From the NCBI GenBank assembly GCA_963751835.1, contig CAVVWD010000001.1:8636-72635 (forward strand): DNA of 64,000 bases. The letters run 5' to 3'. This DNA is from an uncultured Thermoleophilaceae bacterium (GTDB lineage Bacteria; Actinomycetota; Thermoleophilia; Solirubrobacterales; Thermoleophilaceae). The notes beneath the pieces were generated by a model that made no database searches, was not told where the DNA came from, and saw only the letters and a program-made list of their open reading frames with translations. Position numbers and translations under genes: made by a program. How positions within the stretch are numbered: the stretch's first letter is position 1; each line of letters opens with the position of its first letter. This document shows, piece by piece, positions 27,130 to 35,275 of the stretch.

Positions 27130-27205
27130 GCCATCTTGGGGGTGGACTTGCGGTGTGGGAAGAAATTCCTGCCCGCTGCAACGGATCGTGCGACCCGCGC
27201 CGGGC

Positions 27206-29477
27206 TCAGGCTCCTGCCATTCGCGAGAGCAACTCGACGGCGCCGCGCTTGTTGAGCGGTTCGTTCAGGTTCCCGCACTTCGGCGACTGCACGCACGACG
27301 GGCAGCCCGACTGGCACGGGCACTCCGAGATGAGCCGCAGCGCGTCGCCGACCAGCGCCTCGAAGCGCTCGAACCCGGCGCGCGTGATGCCGACGCCGCC
27401 GGGGTGGCCGTCGTAGATGAAGATCGTCGACCGGCCGGTCTGATGGTGGAACGCGGTCGAGAGACCCCCGATGTCCCAGCGGTCGCACATGGCGATCAGC
27501 GGCAGCACCGCGATCTGGCCGTGCTCGGCGGCGTGCAGCGAGCCCTGCAGCACGTCGAGCGGGAAGTCGTCGCCGAGGAGCGCGTCCGGCAACTCGTACC
27601 AGAGAGCCTGGGTCACGAACTCCTGCTCCGGCAGGTCGAGGGCCAGCAGGTCGAGCACGGACTGATCGGCCACGCTCTTCTTCTGGTAGGCCACCACCTG
27701 CTCGGTTACCGAGACGATCCCGAAGGACAGCTCGACGCCGCAGGTGTCGCGCCGCTCGCGGACCTGCTCGATGTATGTCTCGGACTCCTTCTTCGGCTGC
27801 GTGTACCAGTTGCCCTGGAAGCTCCGCACGAGCGCCCGCCGCTTCGGCAGGTCGAGGTCCTCGACCTCGTAGGCGGCGCCCATGTGGAGATACACGGCGC
27901 CGGCGTGGACGCTGGAGGGGGCGCGCGAGGTCTCGACGTTGCCGATCACCTCGCCGCCGGCGGCCTCGACGATCGCCACCGAGTCCGGCGACGCGGAGCG
28001 GAGCGCGATCCGGCCCGCCGGGTAGCCCTCGCCGCGGGGCAGGTAGCGCCCGCCGCGCTCCCGCAGCCGCCCCAGCTTCACGAGCCGCGCGGCGTGCTCC
28101 TCCCAGCGTGACCCGAACACGTCCGCGTCCTCGCCGGTCAGCGGCAGCTCGTAGGCGGCGGCCTCGAGGTGAGCGAGGTGGATCTCCTCGGACTCGTGAT
28201 CGAGGATCGCGCGCTCGACCGGCCGCCCGAGGAACTCGTCCGGGTGGCGGCAGAAGAACTGGTCGAGCGCGTCCTCACCGGCCACGTACATGGCGAGCCC
28301 GGTGGTGCGCCGCCCGGCCCGCCCCCACATCTGGCGCAGGCTCGCGACGGTGCCGGGGAACGTCACGCAGAGCGCCGCATCGAGGTCCCCGACGTCGATG
28401 CCGAGCTCGAGCGCGTCGGTTGCCACCACCGCCAGCAGGTCTCCCTCGCTCAGCCTCTGCTCGATCTCGCGGCGCTGCGCGGGCGTGTACCCGGCCCGGT
28501 AGGGCGCGATCCGCTCGGCGAGATCGTCCCGCCCGGCCTGCTCGAGGCGCGCCCGCGCGAAGCGCTGGATCAGCTCGACCCCGCGACGCGACTTCAGGAA
28601 GCAGATCGTCCGCACCTCGCGTTCGACCAGCTGCGCCAGCAGGCCGGCCGCCTCCGAGAGAGCGGAGGCCCGCCGGCCCAGCTGCTCGTCCACGAGCGGC
28701 GGATTCCACATCGCGATCTGACGCTCGGCCCGCGGCGCGCCGTCGCGATCGACGAGCTCGAGCTCGAGGCCCGTCAGGCGCTCCCCGAGCTCGTCGGGGT
28801 TCGCGATCGTGGCGCTCGTGAGCAGGAAGCGCGGCTCCGAGCCGTAGGCGCGCGCGAGCCGGCGCAGCCGCCTTAACACGTTGGCTACATGTGAGCCGAA
28901 CACGCCGCGATACACATGGGCCTCGTCGACCACCACCCAGGCCAGGTTGGCGAGCACGTCGCCCCAGGAGCGGTGGTTCGGGAGGACGCCAACGTGCAGC
29001 ATGTCCGGGTTCGTGAGGATGAGGTTCGAGCGCTGGCGGATCTGTCGTCGCTCCTCGCGCGGCGTGTCCCCGTCGTAGATCGCGTGGCGCAGGTAGCGCC
29101 CTCCGATCCGGGCGAGCCCGCGCGCCTGGTCCTGGGCGAGCGCCTTGGTGGGATAGAGGTAGAAGGCGCGTGCCGCCAGGTCGGTCGCCAGCGTGTCGAG
29201 CACGGGCAGGTTGAAGGCCAGCGACTTGCCGCTCGCGGTGCCCGTGGTCACGATCGCGTGGCCGCGGCGAGCGGCGGCGAGCGCGTCCGTCTGGTGGGCC
29301 CAGAGCGCCTCGATGCCCGCCGCGGCGAGGCCCTCCCTCAGGGCCGGGATGGAGGTCGTCGGGAATCGGTTCGGCGAGCCCCGCCTGCGGGCGCTCCCGC
29401 GAGGTTGCGACGAGCTCCTCCTCGCGACCCGTTTCGAGGACTGCCTCCCAAGGGTACGACGCCTGAACACGGGCCAC
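27206..29477 (-). pseudogene. DEAD/DEAH-box helicase with C-terminal DUF1998 (MrfA/YprA-like), frame-disrupted near 29345
   Basis: Motifs TGTASGKS, VVDEAHVYRG, LTSATI and QMWGRAGRR. Cys cluster CPCQSGCPSCVQSPKCGN. The first about 44 codons (from GTG 29477, ...LAEPIPDDLHP) are in the frame of ORF 28275..29819. Span is 2272 nt (3n+1). Confidence 0.8.
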
Positions 29478-29499
29478 GGCTAGCCATGGTACGACCGAG

Positions 29500-30432
29500 G
29501 TGATCCGCTCCTTCCACCACTCGCGGTTCCCGCTCGAGCTGCTGCGGGAGCGGAAGCGCGGCACGGTCACGGTCGTGCTGCCCACACGCGAGGTGGCCGA
29601 CACGGTCGGAGAGATCATCGAGCGGCTGCAGTCGCTCGACGGGCTGGTCGACCAGATCCTGGTCGTGGACGCGGCCTCCGAGGACGGCACCGCCGAGCTG
29701 GCCGCGCGGCTGGGTGCCGAGGTCCACCAGGAGTCCGAGCTGCTGCCCCGCTTCGGCCAGGCGCTCGGCAAGGGCGACGCGATGTGGCGCGCGCTCGCGG
29801 TGGCGCGCGGCGATCTCATGGTCTACCTCGACTCCGACACCCGCCACTTCTCGCGCCATTTCGCGACGGGCATGCTCGGACCGCTCCTGTGCGAGGAGGG
29901 AGTGGAGTTCGTCAAGGGCTTCTACCGCCGCCCGTTCACCGCGACCGGCGGCGGCATGAGCCACGCGGATGGGGGCCGGGTGACGGAGCTGACGGCCCGC
30001 CCGCTGCTGTCCGCCTTCTACCCCGAGCTGGCCGCCCTGGTGCAGCCGCTCGCCGGGGAGGTTGCCGCCAGGCGCTCCTTCTTCGACCGCCTGCCGTTCG
30101 CCTGCGGCTACGCGGTCGAGACGGCCATGCTGCTGCACGCCCGCGACGCGCTGGGGGGCACGGGCGGCATGGCGCAGGTGGACCTCGACGTCCGCCAGAA
30201 CCGCCACCAGCCGCTCCACCAGCTCGGCCCCATGTCTTATGCGGTGCTGCGCGTGATCCTCGAACAGCTCCGCGCGGATGGGCGGTTGCTCGACGATCAC
30301 GCCCCTCCGCTCCAAACCGCCGACGGCCGTCTCGTGCAGGTGGAGCTCGTCGAGCGGCCGCCGTATGCCACCCTGCGCGACGGTGGCGATCCGATGCGTC
30401 TACACCGATCTGGACGGAACGCTCCTCGGTAA
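29500..30432 (+). CDS. gpgS: glucosyl-3-phosphoglycerate synthase (GT81)
   Basis: 310 aa. Motifs VVLPTREVADTVGEII, GKGDAMWRAL, YLDSD (DxD) and GEVAARR. The layout is typical of actinobacterial GpgS. Confidence 0.8.
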   Translation: MIRSFHHSRFPLELLRERKRGTVTVVLPTREVADTVGEIIERLQSLDGLVDQILVVDAASEDGTAELAARLGAEVHQESELLPRFGQALGKGDAMWRALAVARGDLMVYLDSDTRHFSRHFATGMLGPLLCEEGVEFVKGFYRRPFTATGGGMSHADGGRVTELTARPLLSAFYPELAALVQPLAGEVAARRSFFDRLPFACGYAVETAMLLHARDALGGTGGMAQVDLDVRQNRHQPLHQLGPMSYAVLRVILEQLRADGRLLDDHAPPLQTADGRLVQVELVERPPYATLRDGGDPMRLHRSGRNAPR

Positions 30433-31354
30433 GGGAGCGTCGCTCTTCCGCACCGCCGAGGGTGAGTTCACGCTGCTGGCCGCGCGGGCGCTCGAGGCCT
30501 GCCACCGGGCCGGCGCCGAGGTGGTGATCAAGTCGGGGCGGCGGCGCGCGCAGGTCATGGAGGACGCGCGCCTGCTCGGCCAGAGCTCGTACATCTTCGA
30601 GGTGGGAACGGGAATGGTGATCGACGGCGAGCTGACCTTCCTCACCGGCGAGCTCCAGCCTCGGGATGGCCGGACGATTCACGACCAGATCGCCGAATCG
30701 GGTGCTCCCGACCTCCTGCTTCGCAGCTTCGAGGGCCGGCTCGAGCCTCACACGCCGTGGGCCGTCGATCGCGAGGTCTCGCACCTCTTCCGCGGGCAGC
30801 TCGACGCGCGCGAGGCCAACCAGCTGCTCGCCGCGGAGGGCCACGCCGGACTGCGGCTCGTCGACAACGGGGAGATCGCGCCTGAGACCCACGGCTTCCA
30901 CCTGATCCCGGCCGGCTGCTCGAAGGCGGCCGCGGTCGCAGCGCACATGCGCGCGCGCGGCTACGCGCGCGAGGAGTGCATCGGCATCGGCGACTCGCGC
31001 GAGGATCTCGAGGTCGCCGAGGTTGTCGGCCGCCTCTTCCTGGTCGCCAACGCGGTTGCGGGCGACAGCTCGGCCTACCTCAACGTCGAGCGCACAGAAG
31101 CCGCGATGAGCGAGGGCTTCTACGAGGCCGTGATCCGGGCGTTCGCCGAGGTCGCGCTGAGCACCGGACGCGCCCGCGCGACGCGAACGCTGGCGCGGGT
31201 TCGTAACGGACGTTACAATCAGGGCATCGTGGCAAAGAGTTTCCTGTTGGACGGCTCGTGGTCGACCAAGCGGATGCTCGACCTCGAGTCAGGTGACCCC
31301 TGGGAGCGCAACCGCGAGCGCGTCGGTTTCCGGACCGGTCTCGCGATGCGCTGA
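30365..31354 (+). CDS. HAD-IIB family phosphatase (candidate glucosyl-3-phosphoglycerate phosphatase)
   Basis: Motif I YTDLDGTLLG, motif II KSGR, motif IV GIGDSREDLE. The start is ATG 30365 or GTG 30383, overlapping gpgS by 50-68 nt. The last about 50 codons are atypical (see findings). Confidence 0.7.
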   Translation: MPPCATVAIRCVYTDLDGTLLGKGASLFRTAEGEFTLLAARALEACHRAGAEVVIKSGRRRAQVMEDARLLGQSSYIFEVGTGMVIDGELTFLTGELQPRDGRTIHDQIAESGAPDLLLRSFEGRLEPHTPWAVDREVSHLFRGQLDAREANQLLAAEGHAGLRLVDNGEIAPETHGFHLIPAGCSKAAAVAAHMRARGYAREECIGIGDSREDLEVAEVVGRLFLVANAVAGDSSAYLNVERTEAAMSEGFYEAVIRAFAEVALSTGRARATRTLARVRNGRYNQGIVAKSFLLDGSWSTKRMLDLESGDPWERNRERVGFRTGLAMR

Positions 31355-31401
31355 CTTCCCAGCACCGCGGTGGCCGCGAGGCTGCCGCACGGGTGAGGCA
31401 G

Positions 31402-31429
31402 CACGGGCGCCCCCACCGGGGCGCCCGTG
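31402..31429. terminator. bidirectional GC hairpin between convergent HAD and glycerate kinase genes
   Basis: CACGGGCGCCCC (31402-31413) pairs with GGGGCGCCCGTG (31418-31429): 12-bp perfect stem, 4-nt loop. It is preceded by a second hairpin, GCTGCC/GGCAGC (31381-31402). Confidence 0.7.
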
Positions 31430-31450
31430 GCTATTCCGGGAGCCAACGGC

Positions 31451-32413
31451 TCAGACGAGCCGCCGGCCCGCCGCCTCCATCTCCTCCAGGTCCGTCGCCT
31501 CGCTGACGGAGGCGAGGTCGATGATGCGCTCGTCGAACGGATCGAGCTCGTCGCGGCCGACGATCGCATGGCAGGCCACGCCGCCCTGGCGGCAGCGCGT
31601 GGCCACCTCGCCAACGATCTTGCCCTCGAGCGTCTGCGAGTCGAGGCGTCCCTCGCCGGTCACGACGAACGCTGATGCCTTCATCGCGGCGTCGAAGCCG
31701 ATCGCGTCGAGCACATACGCCGCCCCGGGTACGAGACGCGCGCCGAGCCCGCCCCACAGGCCGCCGGACAGCCCCCCGGCCGCGCCCGTCATCGGAATGC
31801 CGCGCGGGTCGCGCGGCAGCCTGCCCGCGAGCTCGTCGAGGCGGCGCTCGAGCCGCTTCACGAGCTCCGGATCGGCCCCCTTCTGCGGCCCGAACACGCT
31901 CGGCGCCTTCTCGTAGACGGTGCGCACGTCGCATAGCACCTCGAGATCCGGGCGCACGCCCGCCTCACTGAGCGCCTCGAGCGCTCCCGCCCCACCGTCG
32001 CTCGTGGCCGAGCCGCCGACGGTCACGAGCACGTGCTCCGCTCCCGCCTCGACCGCCAGCACGATCAGCTCGCCGGTGCCACGCGTGGAGGCGGCCCAGG
32101 CGTCGCGCTCGTCCTCGTCCACCAGCCCAAGCCCGCTCGCCTGCGCGGTCTCGACCACCGCCGAGCCGTCGGGCAAGATCGCGAACTGAGCCTCGACCGG
32201 CCGGCCGAGCGGGTCGGAGACCGTGGCGGTGCGCACATCGCCGCCGAGCGCGTCCACGAGCACGCCCATCGTCCCCTCGCCGCCGTCGCCCACCGGCAGT
32301 TCGACCGCCTCACGGTCGGCCGAGCGCAGCCCGGCGGCGATCGCCGCGGCCACCTCCGCTGCCGAGAAGGTGCCTTTGAAGGAATCGGGCGCGACCAGGA
32401 CCGGCAGCGTCAC
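31451..32413 (-). CDS. glycerate kinase family protein
   Basis: GTG 32413 (GTGA overlap with the macro-domain stop). Motifs APDSFKGTFSAAEV, VGDGGEGT, GGSATSDGGAG and VVTGEGRLDSQTLEGK. It is the 3' part of ORF 31451..33058. Confidence 0.8.
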   Translation of the reverse strand: MTLPVLVAPDSFKGTFSAAEVAAAIAAGLRSADREAVELPVGDGGEGTMGVLVDALGGDVRTATVSDPLGRPVEAQFAILPDGSAVVETAQASGLGLVDEDERDAWAASTRGTGELIVLAVEAGAEHVLVTVGGSATSDGGAGALEALSEAGVRPDLEVLCDVRTVYEKAPSVFGPQKGADPELVKRLERRLDELAGRLPRDPRGIPMTGAAGGLSGGLWGGLGARLVPGAAYVLDAIGFDAAMKASAFVVTGEGRLDSQTLEGKIVGEVATRCRQGGVACHAIVGRDELDPFDERIIDLASVSEATDLEEMEAAGRRLV

Positions 32414-32895
32414 AGCGCTTCGCGGAACGCCCGCTCGGCGGCGTCGCCGTGGACCGCGAACACGATTCGCTCGAGCGCGCCCTCGTGCTCGCGCGCGGCG
32501 CCGACCATGATCCGGGCGGCCTCCTCGACCGGGAAGCCGCCGACGCCGGTGCCGAACGCCACGAGCGCAAGCGAGCCGCAGCCGAGCTCCTCGGCCCTGG
32601 CGAGGGTGGACCGGGTCGCGCGCTCGATGATCTCGGCCGACGTCGGCCCGCCGAGCTCCATCGTCGCCCCGTGGATCACCCAGCGGGCGGGCATCTCGCC
32701 GGCGGTCGTCTCCACGGCCTCGCCCAGCCCGATCGGCGCGCGTTCGTCGGACTCGCGCTGAACATCCGGTCCGCCGGCCCGGGAGATCGCGCCCGCCACC
32801 CCGCCGCCGTGCATCAACTGGGTGTTCGCGGCGTTGGCGATCGCATCGACCTCGAGCTTGGTCACGTCCGCCTGCAGGACTTCGAGCTTCGCCAT
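32410..32895 (-). CDS. macro domain protein (ADP-ribose/O-acetyl-ADP-ribose binding or hydrolysing)
   Basis: ATG 32895 in ORF 32410..32961. Motifs DAIANAANTQLMHGGGVAGAI and AFGTGVGGFP. Confidence 0.85.
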   Translation of the reverse strand: MAKLEVLQADVTKLEVDAIANAANTQLMHGGGVAGAISRAGGPDVQRESDERAPIGLGEAVETTAGEMPARWVIHGATMELGGPTSAEIIERATRSTLARAEELGCGSLALVAFGTGVGGFPVEEAARIMVGAAREHEGALERIVFAVHGDAAERAFREAL

Positions 32896-32932
32896 GACTC
32901 GTATCCTGCCCGATACGAAATCGTGACAGGCA

Positions 32933-32959
32933 TGTCGATCTCCGCTGTGCCCGTTCGTC
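32933..32959 (+). promoter_or_regulatory. candidate ECF-type promoter (TGTCGA-N17-CGTC) upstream of the yciI-yciI-sigma operon
   Basis: TGTCGA (32933-32938), a 17-nt spacer, then CGTC (32956-32959). It lies about 50 nt upstream of ATG 33009, with GAGAGGAA as the ribosome-binding site. Confidence 0.4.
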
Positions 32960-33008
32960 ATGAGGATGAACGCGGCCGCTGGGGCCGCCCGAGACGAGAG
33001 GAACGGCG

Positions 33009-33404
33009 ATGAAATACCTGCTGCTGCTGTTCGGCGACGAGAGCAGCTGGGAGAACATGAGCGAGGAAGAGGGGCAGGCCGAGATGGCGGCCTACGAGGC
33101 GTATGGCCGGGAGGCCGTCGAGGCCGGGGTGTTCGTTGCCGGTGAGGGTCTCCAGCCCACCAGCACGGCGACGACCATGCGGATCGTGGGCGGCGATCGG
33201 GTGCTGACGGACGGGCCGTTCGCCGAGACGAAGGAGCAGCTCGGCGGCTTCTACGTGCTCGACTGCAAGGACCTCAACGACGCTCTGGCCTGGGCGGAAC
33301 GCTGCCCCGCATCGGGGAACGGCTCGATCGAGATTCGCCCGGTGATGGACTACGAGGCGATGGGCTACCAGGAGCCGCAGGGCTCGGAAGGGGTGTCGCG
33401 ATGA
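33009..33404 (+). CDS. YciI/DGPF family protein
   Basis: 131 aa. MKYLLLLFGDE..., [27 protein letters not shown]. Confidence 0.9.
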   Translation: MKYLLLLFGDESSWENMSEEEGQAEMAAYEAYGREAVEAGVFVAGEGLQPTSTATTMRIVGGDRVLTDGPFAETKEQLGGFYVLDCKDLNDALAWAERCPASGNGSIEIRPVMDYEAMGYQEPQGSEGVSR

Positions 33405-33796
33405 GGTTCCTGCTGGTCATCTACGGCGACGAGCGCCGCTTGGCCACGCGCGACGAGGGAACGGCGAAGGCGGAGATCGACGCCTACTGGGCGCTCGACA
33501 ACGAGGCGACCGAGAAGGGCGTCTTCGTCGATAGCGCTGGGCTCTACCCGACCGGCGCCGCGAGGACGCTCCGGATCCGGGATGGCGTGCGGACCGTGAC
33601 CGACGGGCCCTTCGCCGAGACCAAGGAGCAGCTCGGCGGCTTCTACCTGCTCGAGTGCGACAGCATCGACGAGGCGCTCGAGTGGGCCGCCAAGGTGCCC
33701 GCCGCGCAGACGGGCTCGGTCGAGGTGCGCCAGGTCATGGACTACGAAGCCGCCGGGTACCCGAACCCGGCGGAGGAGGCCGCGCGGTCGGCGTAG
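33401..33796 (+). CDS. YciI/DGPF family protein (tandem paralogue)
   Basis: 131 aa. ATGA overlap with the previous gene. [27 protein letters not shown]. Confidence 0.9.
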   Translation: MRFLLVIYGDERRLATRDEGTAKAEIDAYWALDNEATEKGVFVDSAGLYPTGAARTLRIRDGVRTVTDGPFAETKEQLGGFYLLECDSIDEALEWAAKVPAAQTGSVEVRQVMDYEAAGYPNPAEEAARSA

Positions 33797-35031
33797 CCGG
33801 GACGGACGCGGTCGTCGACCGCCTGTTCCGGCGCGAGTCCGGGAGGGCGGTCGCGACCCTGATCCGGATACTCGGCGACATCGACCTCGCCGAGGAGGCC
33901 GTCCAGGACGCGTTCGCGGTCGCGCTCGAGCGCTGGTCGCGTGACGGCCTTCCCGACAACCCGGGTGCCTGGATCGTCCGCACCGCGCGCAACGGGGCGA
34001 TCGACCGCCTTCGCCGCGAGCGCCGCTATCTCGACAAGCTGCGCGAGCTCGAGGCACTCGGCAGGCCCAGCTCCCGGGACGACCCCTCCAATGACGACAT
34101 GGGCTCGATTTCCGACGACCGGCTGCAGCTCTTCTTCACCTGCTGCCATCCGGCGCTGGGGCCCGAGGCGCGGGTGGCGCTCACGCTGCGCCTGCTGGGA
34201 GGCCTGTCGACCCCCGAGGTGGCGCGCGCCTTCCTGGCGAGCGAGACGGCGATGCAGCAGCGGATCGTCCGCGCCAAGCGCAAGATCCGCGACGCTGGGA
34301 TTCCCTACGAGGTGCCGGAGGACCACGAGCTCCCGGACCGGCTGCGCTCGGTGCTCGCGGCCCTGTATCTGATCTTCAACGAGGGCTACCTGGCCACGAG
34401 CGCCGACACGCTCGTGCGCCGCGAGCTCTGCGACGAGGCGATTCGCCTCGCGCGCGTGCTGGCCGGGCTGATGCCGGACGAGCAGGAGGTCACAGGTCTG
34501 CTCGCGCTGATGCTGCTGCACCACTCTCGTCGCGATGCGCGCACGAGCGCCGACGGCGCGCTCGTCCTGCTCGAGGACCAGGACCGCTCGCGCTGGCACC
34601 TCGGCGAGATCGAGGAGGGGCTGCGGCTCGCCGCCCGCGTGGGCGGGACCGGGGCGTATGGCCTGCAGGCGGCGATCGCCGCCGAGCACGGGAGGGCACT
34701 GAGCCCGGGCAGCACCGACTGGGCCCGGATCGCCTCTCTGTATGCGCAGCTCTGCCGGCTGGCGCCCGGACCGGTGATCGAGCTGAACCGCGCGGTGGCG
34801 GTGGCGATGGCAGACGGGCCGGAGGCCGGTCTCGAGCTGATCGGCGAGCTCGAGGCCGGCGGGGAGCTCGAGGCCTACCACCATCTGCACGCAGCGCGGG
34901 CGGACATGCTGAGGCGGCTGGGACGTCCGGCCGAGGCGGCGTCCGCCTACCGGCGCGCCGTCGCGCTGGCGTCGAACCCGGTGGAGCGCGCGTTCCTGGA
35001 GCGGCGGCTCGGTGAGGTGGAGCGGGCCTGA
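33787..35031 (+). CDS. ECF sigma factor with long C-terminal TPR-like extension (ECF42-type); 5' boundary unresolved
   Basis: Region 2 ([18 protein letters not shown]...[23 protein letters not shown]), region 4 ([30 protein letters not shown]) and an approximately 200-aa helical extension. No ATG/GTG/TTG lies in frame between 33682 and the conserved core. Confidence 0.8.
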   Translation, partial: VGVAGTDAVVDRLFRRESGRAVATLIRILGDIDLAEEAVQDAFAVALERWSRDGLPDNPGAWIVRTARNGAIDRLRRERRYLDKLRELEALGRPSSRDDPSNDDMGSISDDRLQLFFTCCHPALGPEARVALTLRLLGGLSTPEVARAFLASETAMQQRIVRAKRKIRDAGIPYEVPEDHELPDRLRSVLAALYLIFNEGYLATSADTLVRRELCDEAIRLARVLAGLMPDEQEVTGLLALMLLHHSRRDARTSADGALVLLEDQDRSRWHLGEIEEGLRLAARVGGTGAYGLQAAIAAEHGRALSPGSTDWARIASLYAQLCRLAPGPVIELNRAVAVAMADGPEAGLELIGELEAGGELEAYHHLHAARADMLRRLGRPAEAASAYRRAVALASNPVERAFLERRLGEVERA

Positions 35032-35275
35032 GTTTCCCTCTGGCAAGAGATCGGCCGGCCCGGGCATTCGTCGCGGACAACGACAGCAGTGAGGGGGACC
35101 GGGTTCGGATGGGCCCGGGCGGGCCACCGGCCTCGAAAACGGTGCACGGTGCCGACTTTGTGTCGTCTCACGACATCAAGTCGTCCCTCTACCGGTCGTG
35201 GGGCGATGCGGGGGGAGCCGCGACCGCGGCGCCGGGGGCGGTGCGGGAGCTGCCGCGATCGCGCGGCGCCGCTCC

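Noticed and set aside
27206-29477. DUF1998 helicase as part of a DISARM-like or other defence system
   Set aside because: The helicase and DUF1998 are fused in one protein of about 755 aa, as in housekeeping MrfA/YprA. No methyltransferase, PLD nuclease, SNF2 or other defence genes flank it.
28275-29819. 514-aa minus-strand ORF overlapping the helicase and gpgS
   Set aside because: It is out of frame to the helicase for most of its length and antisense to gpgS. Only a patch of about 44 codons (29345-29477) is real, namely the helicase N-terminus.
31355-31450. Known ncRNA (6S, 6C, SRP, RNase P, tmRNA, riboswitch) in the convergent spacer after the HAD gene
   Set aside because: I could not match any conserved core sequence of these families. 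The two GC hairpins are adequately explained as a bidirectional terminator.
31451-33058. 535-aa ORF taken as one protein
   Set aside because: The C-terminal 320 aa are glycerate kinase, starting at GTG 32413. The upstream part is out-of-frame read-through across the macro-domain gene.
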